IMG/VR virus record: IMGVR_UViG_3300035208_003026
Span: 1-64,000 of that record
Direction: 5' to 3' (one strand)
Origin: a virus
Lineage: Duplodnaviria; Caudoviricetes
Length of the DNA stretch: 64,000 nt
Shown here: one piece after another, positions 28,218-36,279 of the stretch
Numbering within the stretch: the stretch's first letter is position 1
Layout of the letters: the number at the start of each line of letters is the position of its first letter
Position numbers and translations under genes: made by a program
The notes under the pieces: generated by a model
The model's database searches: none
The model's input: only the letters and a program-made list of their open reading frames with translations
Told to the model about the DNA's origin: nothing

Positions 28218-28631
28218 ATGGGAAAGCCAGCTGCTACCTTCACTCCAAATATTCACATCATTGATAATAAGAAAGTCTGGATGACACCAGATGAAAGAAA
28301 GATGTATGAGATTATTTGTGAGGGATATAATAGACCCAACTTCCAAGGCAAAGATTTGTTCCAGGATCACTTTGAAACCAATGAAGCTGGAGTGATCCTT
28401 TTCGTCAAACCTCCGCATAAGAAGTATTCTTCAATGGAAGTCTTTACCTTTTTGGTAAGTCTTCAAGTTAATCAACATCTTAGAATTTCTCAGGAACAAA
28501 TGCAGTCTCTTGTTTCTGAAGTAGAAAAAGAGATTACTGAAAAAGTTATTGAGGTAGAAGGTTTAAAGAAAGAGATTCTGTTGTTAAAAGAAGAGGTCGA
28601 GCAGCTCAAGGAAAACTCAGTTAAAGAGTAA
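28218..28631 (+). CDS. hypothetical protein
   Basis: 137-aa ORF with coiled-coil C-terminus. Confidence 0.6.
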   Translation: MGKPAATFTPNIHIIDNKKVWMTPDERKMYEIICEGYNRPNFQGKDLFQDHFETNEAGVILFVKPPHKKYSSMEVFTFLVSLQVNQHLRISQEQMQSLVSEVEKEITEKVIEVEGLKKEILLLKEEVEQLKENSVKE

Positions 28632-28652
28632 CTCCAAGAGAGGTAAGGCCAA

Positions 28653-29117
28653 ATGATAGATCAGACTGAACAAATTCCACCTCTTCCAGGTCAAACTGAG
28701 AAGATTGATGAGTTGTTAGGGAACTTTACAGAGAAATACCACGCGGTATTGCTTCAGCTAGATTCCCTAGCTTCTGGCACTTTTGATGAAGATGAAGCGC
28801 CTAACATGGCAGCTATGTGCTTGATAGCGCAAGCTTCTTTGTTGGCAGATCTTGCTGCTGCCGATCTTAGATCGAGAGCATTGAAGCGAGATATAGATTT
28901 CGCAAAGGCCAAGGCATTTGCCGATATTAAACAGACCCCAGCTGATAAAAAGCCAACAGATGCATTGGTTCAAAACCTAGTAAATAAAGACGAAGAAGTG
29001 AGGCGCATATCCAATGAGCAAAACATCGCTGAGAGAGATTACAAACAACTCAGTAACATTCACGCTCTACTTAAAGAAGCGCATCTCACATTCAGGTCAA
29101 TCAAAAAAGGAGTATAA
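28653..29117 (+). CDS. UvsY-like recombination mediator (putative)
   Basis: all-helical 154 aa, KPTDALVQNLVNKDEEV; TAATG-coupled to the recombinase. Confidence 0.45.
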   Translation: MIDQTEQIPPLPGQTEKIDELLGNFTEKYHAVLLQLDSLASGTFDEDEAPNMAAMCLIAQASLLADLAAADLRSRALKRDIDFAKAKAFADIKQTPADKKPTDALVQNLVNKDEEVRRISNEQNIAERDYKQLSNIHALLKEAHLTFRSIKKGV

Positions 29118-30151
29118 TGAAGAAACAGGTATCAGATGTTTTAAGTGATGAGCTTGACAAAGCCGAAGCGTTGATTGAATCAACGCTTAAAAAGAAATCA
29201 CAGAAAGCCCCTCTTAACGTTGCTGAGCTTGTAGCGAAAGCACAAGGTCGTTTCGATAAGAAAAAGAAAGGTATCTCAGCCAGGATGAAGTCTGGTGATG
29301 AGATTGCTCTTTCACAAAATCCAGAAGATTATATTTGCTCTTCGGAGATTAACCAGTTTTGGAAACCATTAACTGGTCTTATAGGTTTGCCATTTGGGCG
29401 CATTGTACAAATTGCTGGTAGACCAGATTCTGGAAAAAGCACATCAGCAATGATTATTATGAAAGCAGCACAAGAGGGTGGAACTCTTGTGATATTATGG
29501 GATGCAGAGGGTAAGTTCGATTCTGTAAGGTATAGGGATCGTATGGGTGGAGATCCTTCTCAAATTCCTGTAGCTCCTAGTCGTAACATTCTTGAAGGCG
29601 TACAGCAAGTAGTAGCTTATGTAAAAGCAGCTAAGGAAATGGATCCAGAACAAAAAATTCTTATTGTTTGGGACTCTGTTGGTGCATCTATTAACTCAGC
29701 CGAAGATGAAGAGAATGATGATTACAGTAAACAGCCTGGCGTTACAGCAAAAGAAGTTTCTTGGGCTATTCGTCGATTCAATCAGTTGATGGAGAAATTC
29801 AGAGATTCTAATGGTAATTATACTATTGCAATCTTGTGTATTAATCAGGTGTATGCAAATATCGGATTTATGAAATCCGGATATGTTCAAAAGGGTGGAG
29901 CAGAACTTGAATATTTAAGTTCGCTTATTTTAGAAATGTCGAGGAAAGCTACGCTCACCCGTGTTAGGAACAAGCAAAAAAACAAGTACGGAATTACGAC
30001 CGTGGCAAAGGTCAAGAAAAATCACCTTTTTGGAGGTGAGGATTGCGTAGCAGAATTGGATCTAGTTGTTTCCGCGGCAGGCATTGAACTTGCCAGTGAA
30101 ATAAAAGGTAAGTCCAATGAAAATGATGACTTAGAAGAGGATGACGAATAA
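29117..30151 (+). CDS. recA: RecA/UvsX-family recombinase
   Basis: GLPFGRIVQIAGRPDSGKST, WDAEG, IVWDSVG, INQVY, GGAELEY, KNH. Confidence 0.88.
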   Translation: MKKQVSDVLSDELDKAEALIESTLKKKSQKAPLNVAELVAKAQGRFDKKKKGISARMKSGDEIALSQNPEDYICSSEINQFWKPLTGLIGLPFGRIVQIAGRPDSGKSTSAMIIMKAAQEGGTLVILWDAEGKFDSVRYRDRMGGDPSQIPVAPSRNILEGVQQVVAYVKAAKEMDPEQKILIVWDSVGASINSAEDEENDDYSKQPGVTAKEVSWAIRRFNQLMEKFRDSNGNYTIAILCINQVYANIGFMKSGYVQKGGAELEYLSSLILEMSRKATLTRVRNKQKNKYGITTVAKVKKNHLFGGEDCVAELDLVVSAAGIELASEIKGKSNENDDLEEDDE

Positions 30152-30453
30152 TGTCATTTACACCTAAAGTAGTAGATAGATCGGTGAATAAGCCGATATA
30201 TCTAGTAGTAGCTGAAGATTCAACAGAGAAAGATGGCTTTGCTTATTACAAGTGTAAAGACTTGAATGAAGGTGGGGCTATTTTGGAACTGAGGGGTTTT
30301 CAACTCTCAAAAACACAAGCGGGTCAATTAGTAAAAGATCCACATGCAACAACAAGTGCAAAAACGGAACCTCAAGCGGTTAACCGCAAAATTCCGTGGC
30401 ACAGAATCATTCGCATAGAAAACACAACGTATCAAAAACCGCAAGGAGAATAA
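30151..30453 (+). CDS. hypothetical protein
   Basis: 100-aa coupled ORF. Confidence 0.6.
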   Translation: MSFTPKVVDRSVNKPIYLVVAEDSTEKDGFAYYKCKDLNEGGAILELRGFQLSKTQAGQLVKDPHATTSAKTEPQAVNRKIPWHRIIRIENTTYQKPQGE

Positions 30454-31211
30454 TTATGAGTAACAACACACCGTTCGTAGGAATCCGTCCGTTTGGAACA
30501 ACCCCAAAGCGTCAGGGTCGTCAGTTTGATAGTGATCTTCCGCGCATTCCTTATATGAGAATGCAGCCTGGTATTAACACCATCCGTATCTTGACTGGTC
30601 TTGGTGGTTATAGTCAGGTTAAGTGGAAAGGTCCAAAGTCTAAGGGTAAGTTTGGTGATCGTGTACGTACCGCATATCCTGCAGTTACTCTGGAAGAGTG
30701 TCCTGTTTATAAGTACCTAGGCCTTGAGGGCAAGGAACGTAATATGGTCGTTGCAATTGACCGTAATGATAAGGACGAACCTTTGAAGTTGGTTGATCTT
30801 TCTCAGCTCACAGCCGAGCAGATTGAGACAAATAATGAGGTTAAAAATTCGATGCGCAAGGAAGGCCAGAAGGTTACTCCTCGCGATTTCGACATCTCGA
30901 TCAAATTTGATCCGAAGTCTAAGGTTGCAACCGGTTTCTACTCTGTAGTTGCTGGAGATGTTTCCCCACTCGATGAAGAAGATTTGAAACTGATCGAAGA
31001 TGCTGGTGGTCAGGAAGTTTTGGAGAAGGTTCTTCAGCGGGCTTGTGTATGTCCAAAGCCGGAAACCGTTGAGAAGCGTCTTCGTGATCTTGGTTGGGAT
31101 GGCGCTGTTCAGAAGAAGGCAGATGCCAAAGGAGAGGCACCCTCTAATCTTGAGGAGCCTGAGGAAGAGGATTACTCCTTCCAGCGCCCTACTGAAGGCG
31201 AAGCTGAGTAA
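30396..31211 (+). CDS. putative single-stranded DNA-binding protein (gp32-like; start probably ATG ~30457)
   Basis: YMRMQPGINTIRIL, CPV, DFDISI, acidic C-terminal tail; next to the recombinase. Confidence 0.6.
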   Translation: MAQNHSHRKHNVSKTARRIIMSNNTPFVGIRPFGTTPKRQGRQFDSDLPRIPYMRMQPGINTIRILTGLGGYSQVKWKGPKSKGKFGDRVRTAYPAVTLEECPVYKYLGLEGKERNMVVAIDRNDKDEPLKLVDLSQLTAEQIETNNEVKNSMRKEGQKVTPRDFDISIKFDPKSKVATGFYSVVAGDVSPLDEEDLKLIEDAGGQEVLEKVLQRACVCPKPETVEKRLRDLGWDGAVQKKADAKGEAPSNLEEPEEEDYSFQRPTEGEAE

Positions 31212-31241
31212 TCAGTAAATAGCTTAGAATCTTCTTAGCTT

Positions 31242-31282
31242 AAAAGGGACAGTTCCAATTTAGGAACTGTCCCTTTTCTTTT
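31242..31282 (+). terminator. intrinsic terminator (possibly bidirectional)
   Basis: perfect 15-bp stem AAAAGGGACAGTTCC/GGAACTGTCCCTTTT with T-rich tail. Confidence 0.85.
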
Positions 31283-31297
31283 GTTATAGAACTGTTT

Positions 31298-31807
31298 ATG
31301 GTTCTAAGACAACTCAAACAAAAAGACCTGCCAGCTCTTAGAGAGAAATGGTTTAAAGAGCAAGGAGGAAAATGTCCACTTTTTGGTAAAGAATATTTAA
31401 TTACCGATATGACACTGGATCATTTTCATCGATTAAAATCAGAACTACCAGATGAAACTGGAAAAGGTTTGTGCCGTGGGGTTTTGCATAAACAAGCAAA
31501 CTCAATTGAAGGAAAGATTACAAATGTTTTCAAACGGTATGGTGGTGATAAACACACTGATATAGTTTCATTTTTAAGGAATCTTGCCGATTATCTTGAG
31601 TATAATAAAATACATTCAGAAGAGAAATGGATTCATCCAACAGAGGAACCGAGGAATCCAAAACTTATGAAGTCTTCGTACAATAAGTTAGTTAAAGTTG
31701 TTGCTGGAAAACAAAAAGTACCAAAATATAGTGGTAAGCTTACCAAGCAGTTGGAGGCTTTATTTGAAAAGTACGATGTTACTCCAGAATTTCAGAGTCG
31801 AGGGTAA
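31298..31807 (+). CDS. endonuclease VII-family protein (resolvase or EndoVII-type homing endonuclease)
   Basis: QGGKCPL, LDHFH, GLCRGVLH..AN..EG, FLRNLADYLE. Confidence 0.8.
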   Translation: MVLRQLKQKDLPALREKWFKEQGGKCPLFGKEYLITDMTLDHFHRLKSELPDETGKGLCRGVLHKQANSIEGKITNVFKRYGGDKHTDIVSFLRNLADYLEYNKIHSEEKWIHPTEEPRNPKLMKSSYNKLVKVVAGKQKVPKYSGKLTKQLEALFEKYDVTPEFQSRG

Positions 31808-31834
31808 TCAAATGCTAAGATCTTTAGGTAAGAT

Positions 31835-32842
31835 ATGAATATTCAAGATGCATGCAATCTATTAGGGATAGAACCAGGAGCCTCGAAAGAAGAAGCTAAG
31901 AAGGCGTTTAGAAAGAAAGCTTCTGAGTATCATCCTGATAAAAACTCTTCAGAGGGTGCTGAGCAGAAGTTTAAAGATATCAATTCAGCTTATCAATTGA
32001 TTGAGAAACACGGAACAACCCCTCAACCATTTAATGTTTCTTCAGAGTTCTACGATCATAGTGAGCACTTCGCTGAAGAGCTTAGGCGCAGAATGAACTT
32101 TCATGTTAATTTTGGCAGACCATCACAGCTTAGAAGTGAACCTATAATTGTTCATGCAGATATTCCTTTTGATGTTTCTGTTCTTGGTGGTATTAAAGAA
32201 ATCATTTATGAGAGAACTATCAAGTGTGAAGCTTGTACTGGTGGTAAGGTATCATCCAACAAAGTGATGTGCTCTAAGTGCGGAGGACATGGGCATCGTA
32301 AGTATGGATCAGATGATCATGAACTTCCTTGTACTACTTGTGGGGCAACTGGATACATAACAAACAATTCTATATGTGATAAGTGTAAGGGTTCAGGAAC
32401 TCGGAAAAGTGTTGACACTTTGAAGGTAACGATTCCTCCTGGGATGGAATCTGGTGTTAGGCTGATTTTGAATGGTAAAGGAAATTATAATCCTTCATTT
32501 AACATTTATGACAATGTTATCGTTGTTATTTCAGTAATACCTGATCACGATATGCAACTTAGTGGCGGTGATGTTATATCAGTAATAGAGCTTAATTTGT
32601 TAGAAGCCCTACAAGGAACAAAGAGAAAGGTTCGTACGATTAAGGGCGAAAAAACATTAGTAATTAAACCAAAGACAAGACATAGAGATACGATTAGAGT
32701 TGCTGGTTTTGGTGTCCCACCAATGGGCGGTCATACGATAGTTATCAATGTATCATATCCTGATAGTGTTGATAACATAATTGAAGTATTGAAAGATAAA
32801 GAAAGTACAGAACCCGAAGAGATCTCTGGTGTTCAAAGTTAG
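31835..32842 (+). CDS. dnaJ: DnaJ chaperone (class A architecture)
   Basis: J domain YHPDKN; four CxxCxG repeats; C-terminal substrate domains. Confidence 0.92.
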   Translation: MNIQDACNLLGIEPGASKEEAKKAFRKKASEYHPDKNSSEGAEQKFKDINSAYQLIEKHGTTPQPFNVSSEFYDHSEHFAEELRRRMNFHVNFGRPSQLRSEPIIVHADIPFDVSVLGGIKEIIYERTIKCEACTGGKVSSNKVMCSKCGGHGHRKYGSDDHELPCTTCGATGYITNNSICDKCKGSGTRKSVDTLKVTIPPGMESGVRLILNGKGNYNPSFNIYDNVIVVISVIPDHDMQLSGGDVISVIELNLLEALQGTKRKVRTIKGEKTLVIKPKTRHRDTIRVAGFGVPPMGGHTIVINVSYPDSVDNIIEVLKDKESTEPEEISGVQS

Positions 32843-32850
32843 GAGTAAGA

Positions 32851-33207
32851 GTGGATTTTAGATCATTTTGTGACAACAAAGGTTGTGGAAAAGAAATGCG
32901 GCCTGTTGTTGATAAGGATACTTTAACAGCTTATTGTACAGAGTGCGGTAAGCCTGTTGGTAATATTTCAGTTTTCATGCGTCGTCAGATGATTTCTCAT
33001 GGTCAAGTTCGGCGAAATGAAAAGAAGAAGTTGGCATGGGCTGTTAAATGTCCTTCATGTACGAAGGAGGGTCCACCTGAACTGGATAAAAAGGGCGAGA
33101 ACCTTGTCTGCTCCTTCTGTGGTAAAGAGATCGATAACCTTGCAAAACCGTTCGAACAAATGATCAAGGTTAATTTGAAAGCTCAAAGGAGAGCTGATGA
33201 GGGATGA
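32851..33207 (+). CDS. double zinc-ribbon protein
   Basis: CDNKGC..CTEC and CPSC..CSFC. Confidence 0.7.
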   Translation: MDFRSFCDNKGCGKEMRPVVDKDTLTAYCTECGKPVGNISVFMRRQMISHGQVRRNEKKKLAWAVKCPSCTKEGPPELDKKGENLVCSFCGKEIDNLAKPFEQMIKVNLKAQRRADEG

Positions 33208-34016
33208 CCTCTTTATCTGAATTTAAAAAGAAGCAACGTATACTTAAAAAGGTTCTTCGAGTCTGTCAACATCTATTAGCTGGATCTGAACAGGCTCGCG
33301 GAGCTAGACGTTACATTAACTCTAGGTTAGATCAACGAGATCAAATGATTTGGGAGTTTGGATACTTCCCATCTGATGATCGGATTTCAGATCTTACCGA
33401 TATGATTGGTAGAAAAGATCTTGAATTTTTAAACTTGTATTATCCAAAGTTTCTAGCTGGTGGTATCGCTCCACATGGACACTTCTCAGATCATAACTTG
33501 ATCATGCCATTTAGAGATGTGCATGGAAATATTATAGCATTCTTAGGCCGATGTCTTCTTACAGAGACAGAACGTCAAGAGAATTTGATACATAAATATA
33601 AGTATAGTACAGGTTGTAATAAAGACTTGTACATCTATGGATTGGATAAGGCCAAAGATTCAATAATTGAAAACGATTTCGTTATAGGTGTAGAGGGTCA
33701 GTTTGATTGCATTTCACTACATGCTCATGGTATTAGTAATGCGATTGCATTTGGTTGGGCTAATATGTCTAGGTATCAAATGTTTCAACTACACCGATAT
33801 ACAAATAACATAGTTCTGATGTTTGATAATGATGAAGCTGGACAGAAGGCAAAGAAAAGAGTGAAGGATAGATATAAAGATGTTGCAAACATCAAAGTAG
33901 TATCTCCTCCAAAGGGGTTTAAGGATATTGATGAATTTTTCCGAGGCTCCAATGATACTGAATACGTCAAGTATGTTATAGATACAATAAAAGGTTTTGG
34001 AGAGAGGAATGGGTAG
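33204..34016 (+). CDS. dnaG: DnaG-type primase catalytic/TOPRIM domain lacking the zinc domain
   Basis: LIMPF..GNIIAFLGR, KYKYS, VEGQFD, MFDNDEAG, KDIDEF. Confidence 0.85.
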   Translation: MTSLSEFKKKQRILKKVLRVCQHLLAGSEQARGARRYINSRLDQRDQMIWEFGYFPSDDRISDLTDMIGRKDLEFLNLYYPKFLAGGIAPHGHFSDHNLIMPFRDVHGNIIAFLGRCLLTETERQENLIHKYKYSTGCNKDLYIYGLDKAKDSIIENDFVIGVEGQFDCISLHAHGISNAIAFGWANMSRYQMFQLHRYTNNIVLMFDNDEAGQKAKKRVKDRYKDVANIKVVSPPKGFKDIDEFFRGSNDTEYVKYVIDTIKGFGERNG

Positions 34017-34446
34017 AAAATCTAATCGATCTAACAATTATCAACATTTATTTGCAGAACAGTCATATTCGAATGAGATGATGGCTGAATTTTCCGAATC
34101 CCAAGGTTTGATTGAAAATTACAAACCCGAAGATAAGGAAAACTTAATAGATCTAAAGGAGTCTCTCCACAAAGAGTTCTGGAGGCTTGCCAAGGAAAAT
34201 CTAACAGAACGGCAGTTCCAGGTTATAGAACTTTTGGCTAAGGGGTTTACTCAAATTGAAATTGCTAAACAACTGAATGTCAATCAAAGTTCAATTACCA
34301 AAAGTGTTAATGGTAATTGTGATTATAGAAATGGGAAGCGCGTATACGGCGGTGCTAAGAAAAAATTGCGCAGATTGGCAGACCAAGACTCACAAATACA
34401 GGAAATCATAGCACAAATTGCCGAAATCCACGCTCAGTATGATTGA
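34009..34446 (+). CDS. sigma-70 region-4-like HTH transcription factor
   Basis: LTERQFQVIELLAKGFTQIEIAKQLNVNQSSIT; GAGG before ATG 34009. Confidence 0.75.
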   Translation: MGRKSNRSNNYQHLFAEQSYSNEMMAEFSESQGLIENYKPEDKENLIDLKESLHKEFWRLAKENLTERQFQVIELLAKGFTQIEIAKQLNVNQSSITKSVNGNCDYRNGKRVYGGAKKKLRRLADQDSQIQEIIAQIAEIHAQYD

Positions 34447-34511
34447 GACAATGGCAATAAACGGCAATAAAAGATGGTTTTTGGTCGAGAGTCGTAAGCC
34501 GTTGAAATATA

Positions 34512-35519
34512 TTGAGTATGAAACAGTGTATACTATGCAAGGAAGCGAAAGTACTTGATGCTTTTGCTAATAATAAAAGATCGAGTGATGGTTTACAGAA
34601 TTACTGTAAATCTTGTCAAAAGGTGTATCGGGATCGGTTAAAGCAAAAATCGAAACCAAAATTTGAACATCTTCAATGTGCTCGTTGTGGTATAACTAAA
34701 TCAGTAGATGATTTTCCAAAAGTTGGTAGTTCATCTACAGGATATGGATCTTGGTGTAAAGAATGTAAGAGTAAATATCAACAAAACTATGATTATCGAG
34801 AAGGTTACAAAAATCGCCGCAGTGAACGTGTTCAGTGGTTTCGTTCAATAAAATCTGGAATTCCTTGCACTGATTGTGGTCAGGTACTTGAGCCATCTTG
34901 TATGGATTATGACCATATTGGCGATGATAAAATTGAAAATGTAGCTCGTATGGTTGTTCATAATGCTACAAAAGAAAAGATACTTGAAGAGATGGAAAAA
35001 TGCGAGCTTGTTTGCTTATTATGTCATAACCGAAGAACACAAAGGCGTCTTGATGATCAAGGGGTAAATAAATATTCACCATATGTACAACGAAACATCG
35101 ACATCATTAATCAAGCTAAATCGGTTCCGTGTTCATATTGTGGGCAGCAATATGAACCATTTAACATGCAATTTGATCATATAGATCCTTTATTAAAGGA
35201 TGTTAATGTATGCCAGCTTAAGAGTGCTAAAGTCGATAGGTTAATGAATGAGATTTCAAAATGCCAGGTTCTTTGCGCTGTATGCCATCGTCGAAAAACT
35301 TTAATGGAACAAAAAGGTAATCTTTATCCAAAGTCTAGAAAGAAAGAAGAAGTAAAGAAAACGTTTCTTGATATAGATAATAAGAAGAAAGAATGTACAA
35401 AATGCCATGAGATTTTAGATTTTGATAAATTTAGGATTAGTAAAAAGACAAGTAGCGGGTTAGAGAGCTGGTGTAAGAATTGTTTGAATGAATATAAACG
35501 TGATAGACGGGCTAAATAG
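34512..35519 (+). CDS. free-standing endonuclease with two tandem HNH-like modules and three zinc fingers
   Basis: PCTDCG..DYDH..CELVCLLCHNRRT and PCSYCG..QFDH..CQVLCAVCHRRKT; CxxC..F..CKxC fingers. Confidence 0.8.
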   Translation: MSMKQCILCKEAKVLDAFANNKRSSDGLQNYCKSCQKVYRDRLKQKSKPKFEHLQCARCGITKSVDDFPKVGSSSTGYGSWCKECKSKYQQNYDYREGYKNRRSERVQWFRSIKSGIPCTDCGQVLEPSCMDYDHIGDDKIENVARMVVHNATKEKILEEMEKCELVCLLCHNRRTQRRLDDQGVNKYSPYVQRNIDIINQAKSVPCSYCGQQYEPFNMQFDHIDPLLKDVNVCQLKSAKVDRLMNEISKCQVLCAVCHRRKTLMEQKGNLYPKSRKKEEVKKTFLDIDNKKKECTKCHEILDFDKFRISKKTSSGLESWCKNCLNEYKRDRRAK

Positions 35520-35609
35520 AAATGGCAAAAAGGAAGCTTAGCAGATCAAGATAAATACATTCAATCAATAATCGCGCAGATAGCTGAGATACATGCTCAA
35601 TATGACTGA
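35518..35609 (+). pseudogene. displaced 3' stub of the sigma-like gene
   Basis: RNGK remnant, then LADQDKYIQSIIAQIAEIHAQYD* vs LADQDSQIQEIIAQIAEIHAQYD* (20/23 identical). Confidence 0.88.
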
Positions 35610-35635
35610 ACTCGGCTTTTGTGCGGCTAAACTAT

Positions 35636-35668
35636 AAGCCCACCTAGCCGTGGGCTTTTGTGTTTTTG
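35636..35668 (+). terminator. intrinsic terminator
   Basis: AAGCCCAC-CTAGCC-GTGGGCTT followed by a T-rich tract. Confidence 0.75.
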
Positions 35669-35721
35669 CTTCTATCACTACTTTTGTATGGTTTTAGCGC
35701 AGTTGCCTGTCCGCTATAAAC

Positions 35722-36267
35722 ATGGGAGAATCAATGAAGGATAAGTTCACAATTAACTTTGATCACCTAGCTGAGAGGGTTGTTCCACAGCAAACCTACC
35801 GTCTCAGAGATGTAGAACATCGTATTGAAAGGGTTGCTTATGATCTGGTTCGTTTTAGAGAAAACGAAGATACGGATCAGCTTTGGAAGATTGAGGATGG
35901 TAGTGATGGTCCCGTGATTGTAGCATTATATGGCGATGACGGGTCTTTACTAAAGACTGAATCTAGTACCAAGAAGGTATGGGAAGTAATTCCTGATAAA
36001 ACAGCGATGCACTTCTATTACAAGGGAGAGCCGTTGGTTTCTTTGTCTTCAGAGCAGCTTGGTATTCCTGAAAGCGAATTTAACATCGCTGGCCGTTGGA
36101 TTCCTCAAAAGCTTGCGTCTGATGAAAGATTCCAGGAATTGCTTTTGAATACAGTGAATAGAGCTGGCCGCGTACATATTGCTCAAAGATTCCCAGAACT
36201 TACCAAGGTAGCAGGCGTAACCGAGGAAGACTGGGAAGACGAGTCAAAGGATTCCGAAACTTTGTAA
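35722..36267 (+). CDS. hypothetical protein (head module)
   Basis: 181-aa ORF, first gene after the terminator. Confidence 0.65.
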   Translation: MGESMKDKFTINFDHLAERVVPQQTYRLRDVEHRIERVAYDLVRFRENEDTDQLWKIEDGSDGPVIVALYGDDGSLLKTESSTKKVWEVIPDKTAMHFYYKGEPLVSLSSEQLGIPESEFNIAGRWIPQKLASDERFQELLLNTVNRAGRVHIAQRFPELTKVAGVTEEDWEDESKDSETL

Positions 36268-36279
36268 GAGGAAAATACT

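Noticed and set aside
1-35600. Bacterial chromosome origin for infC/def/tig/dnaE/recA/dnaJ
   Set aside because: Genes are divergent, lack bacterial synteny (no rpmI-rplT, clpPX or dnaK), and are collinear with terminase and portal genes on one strand.
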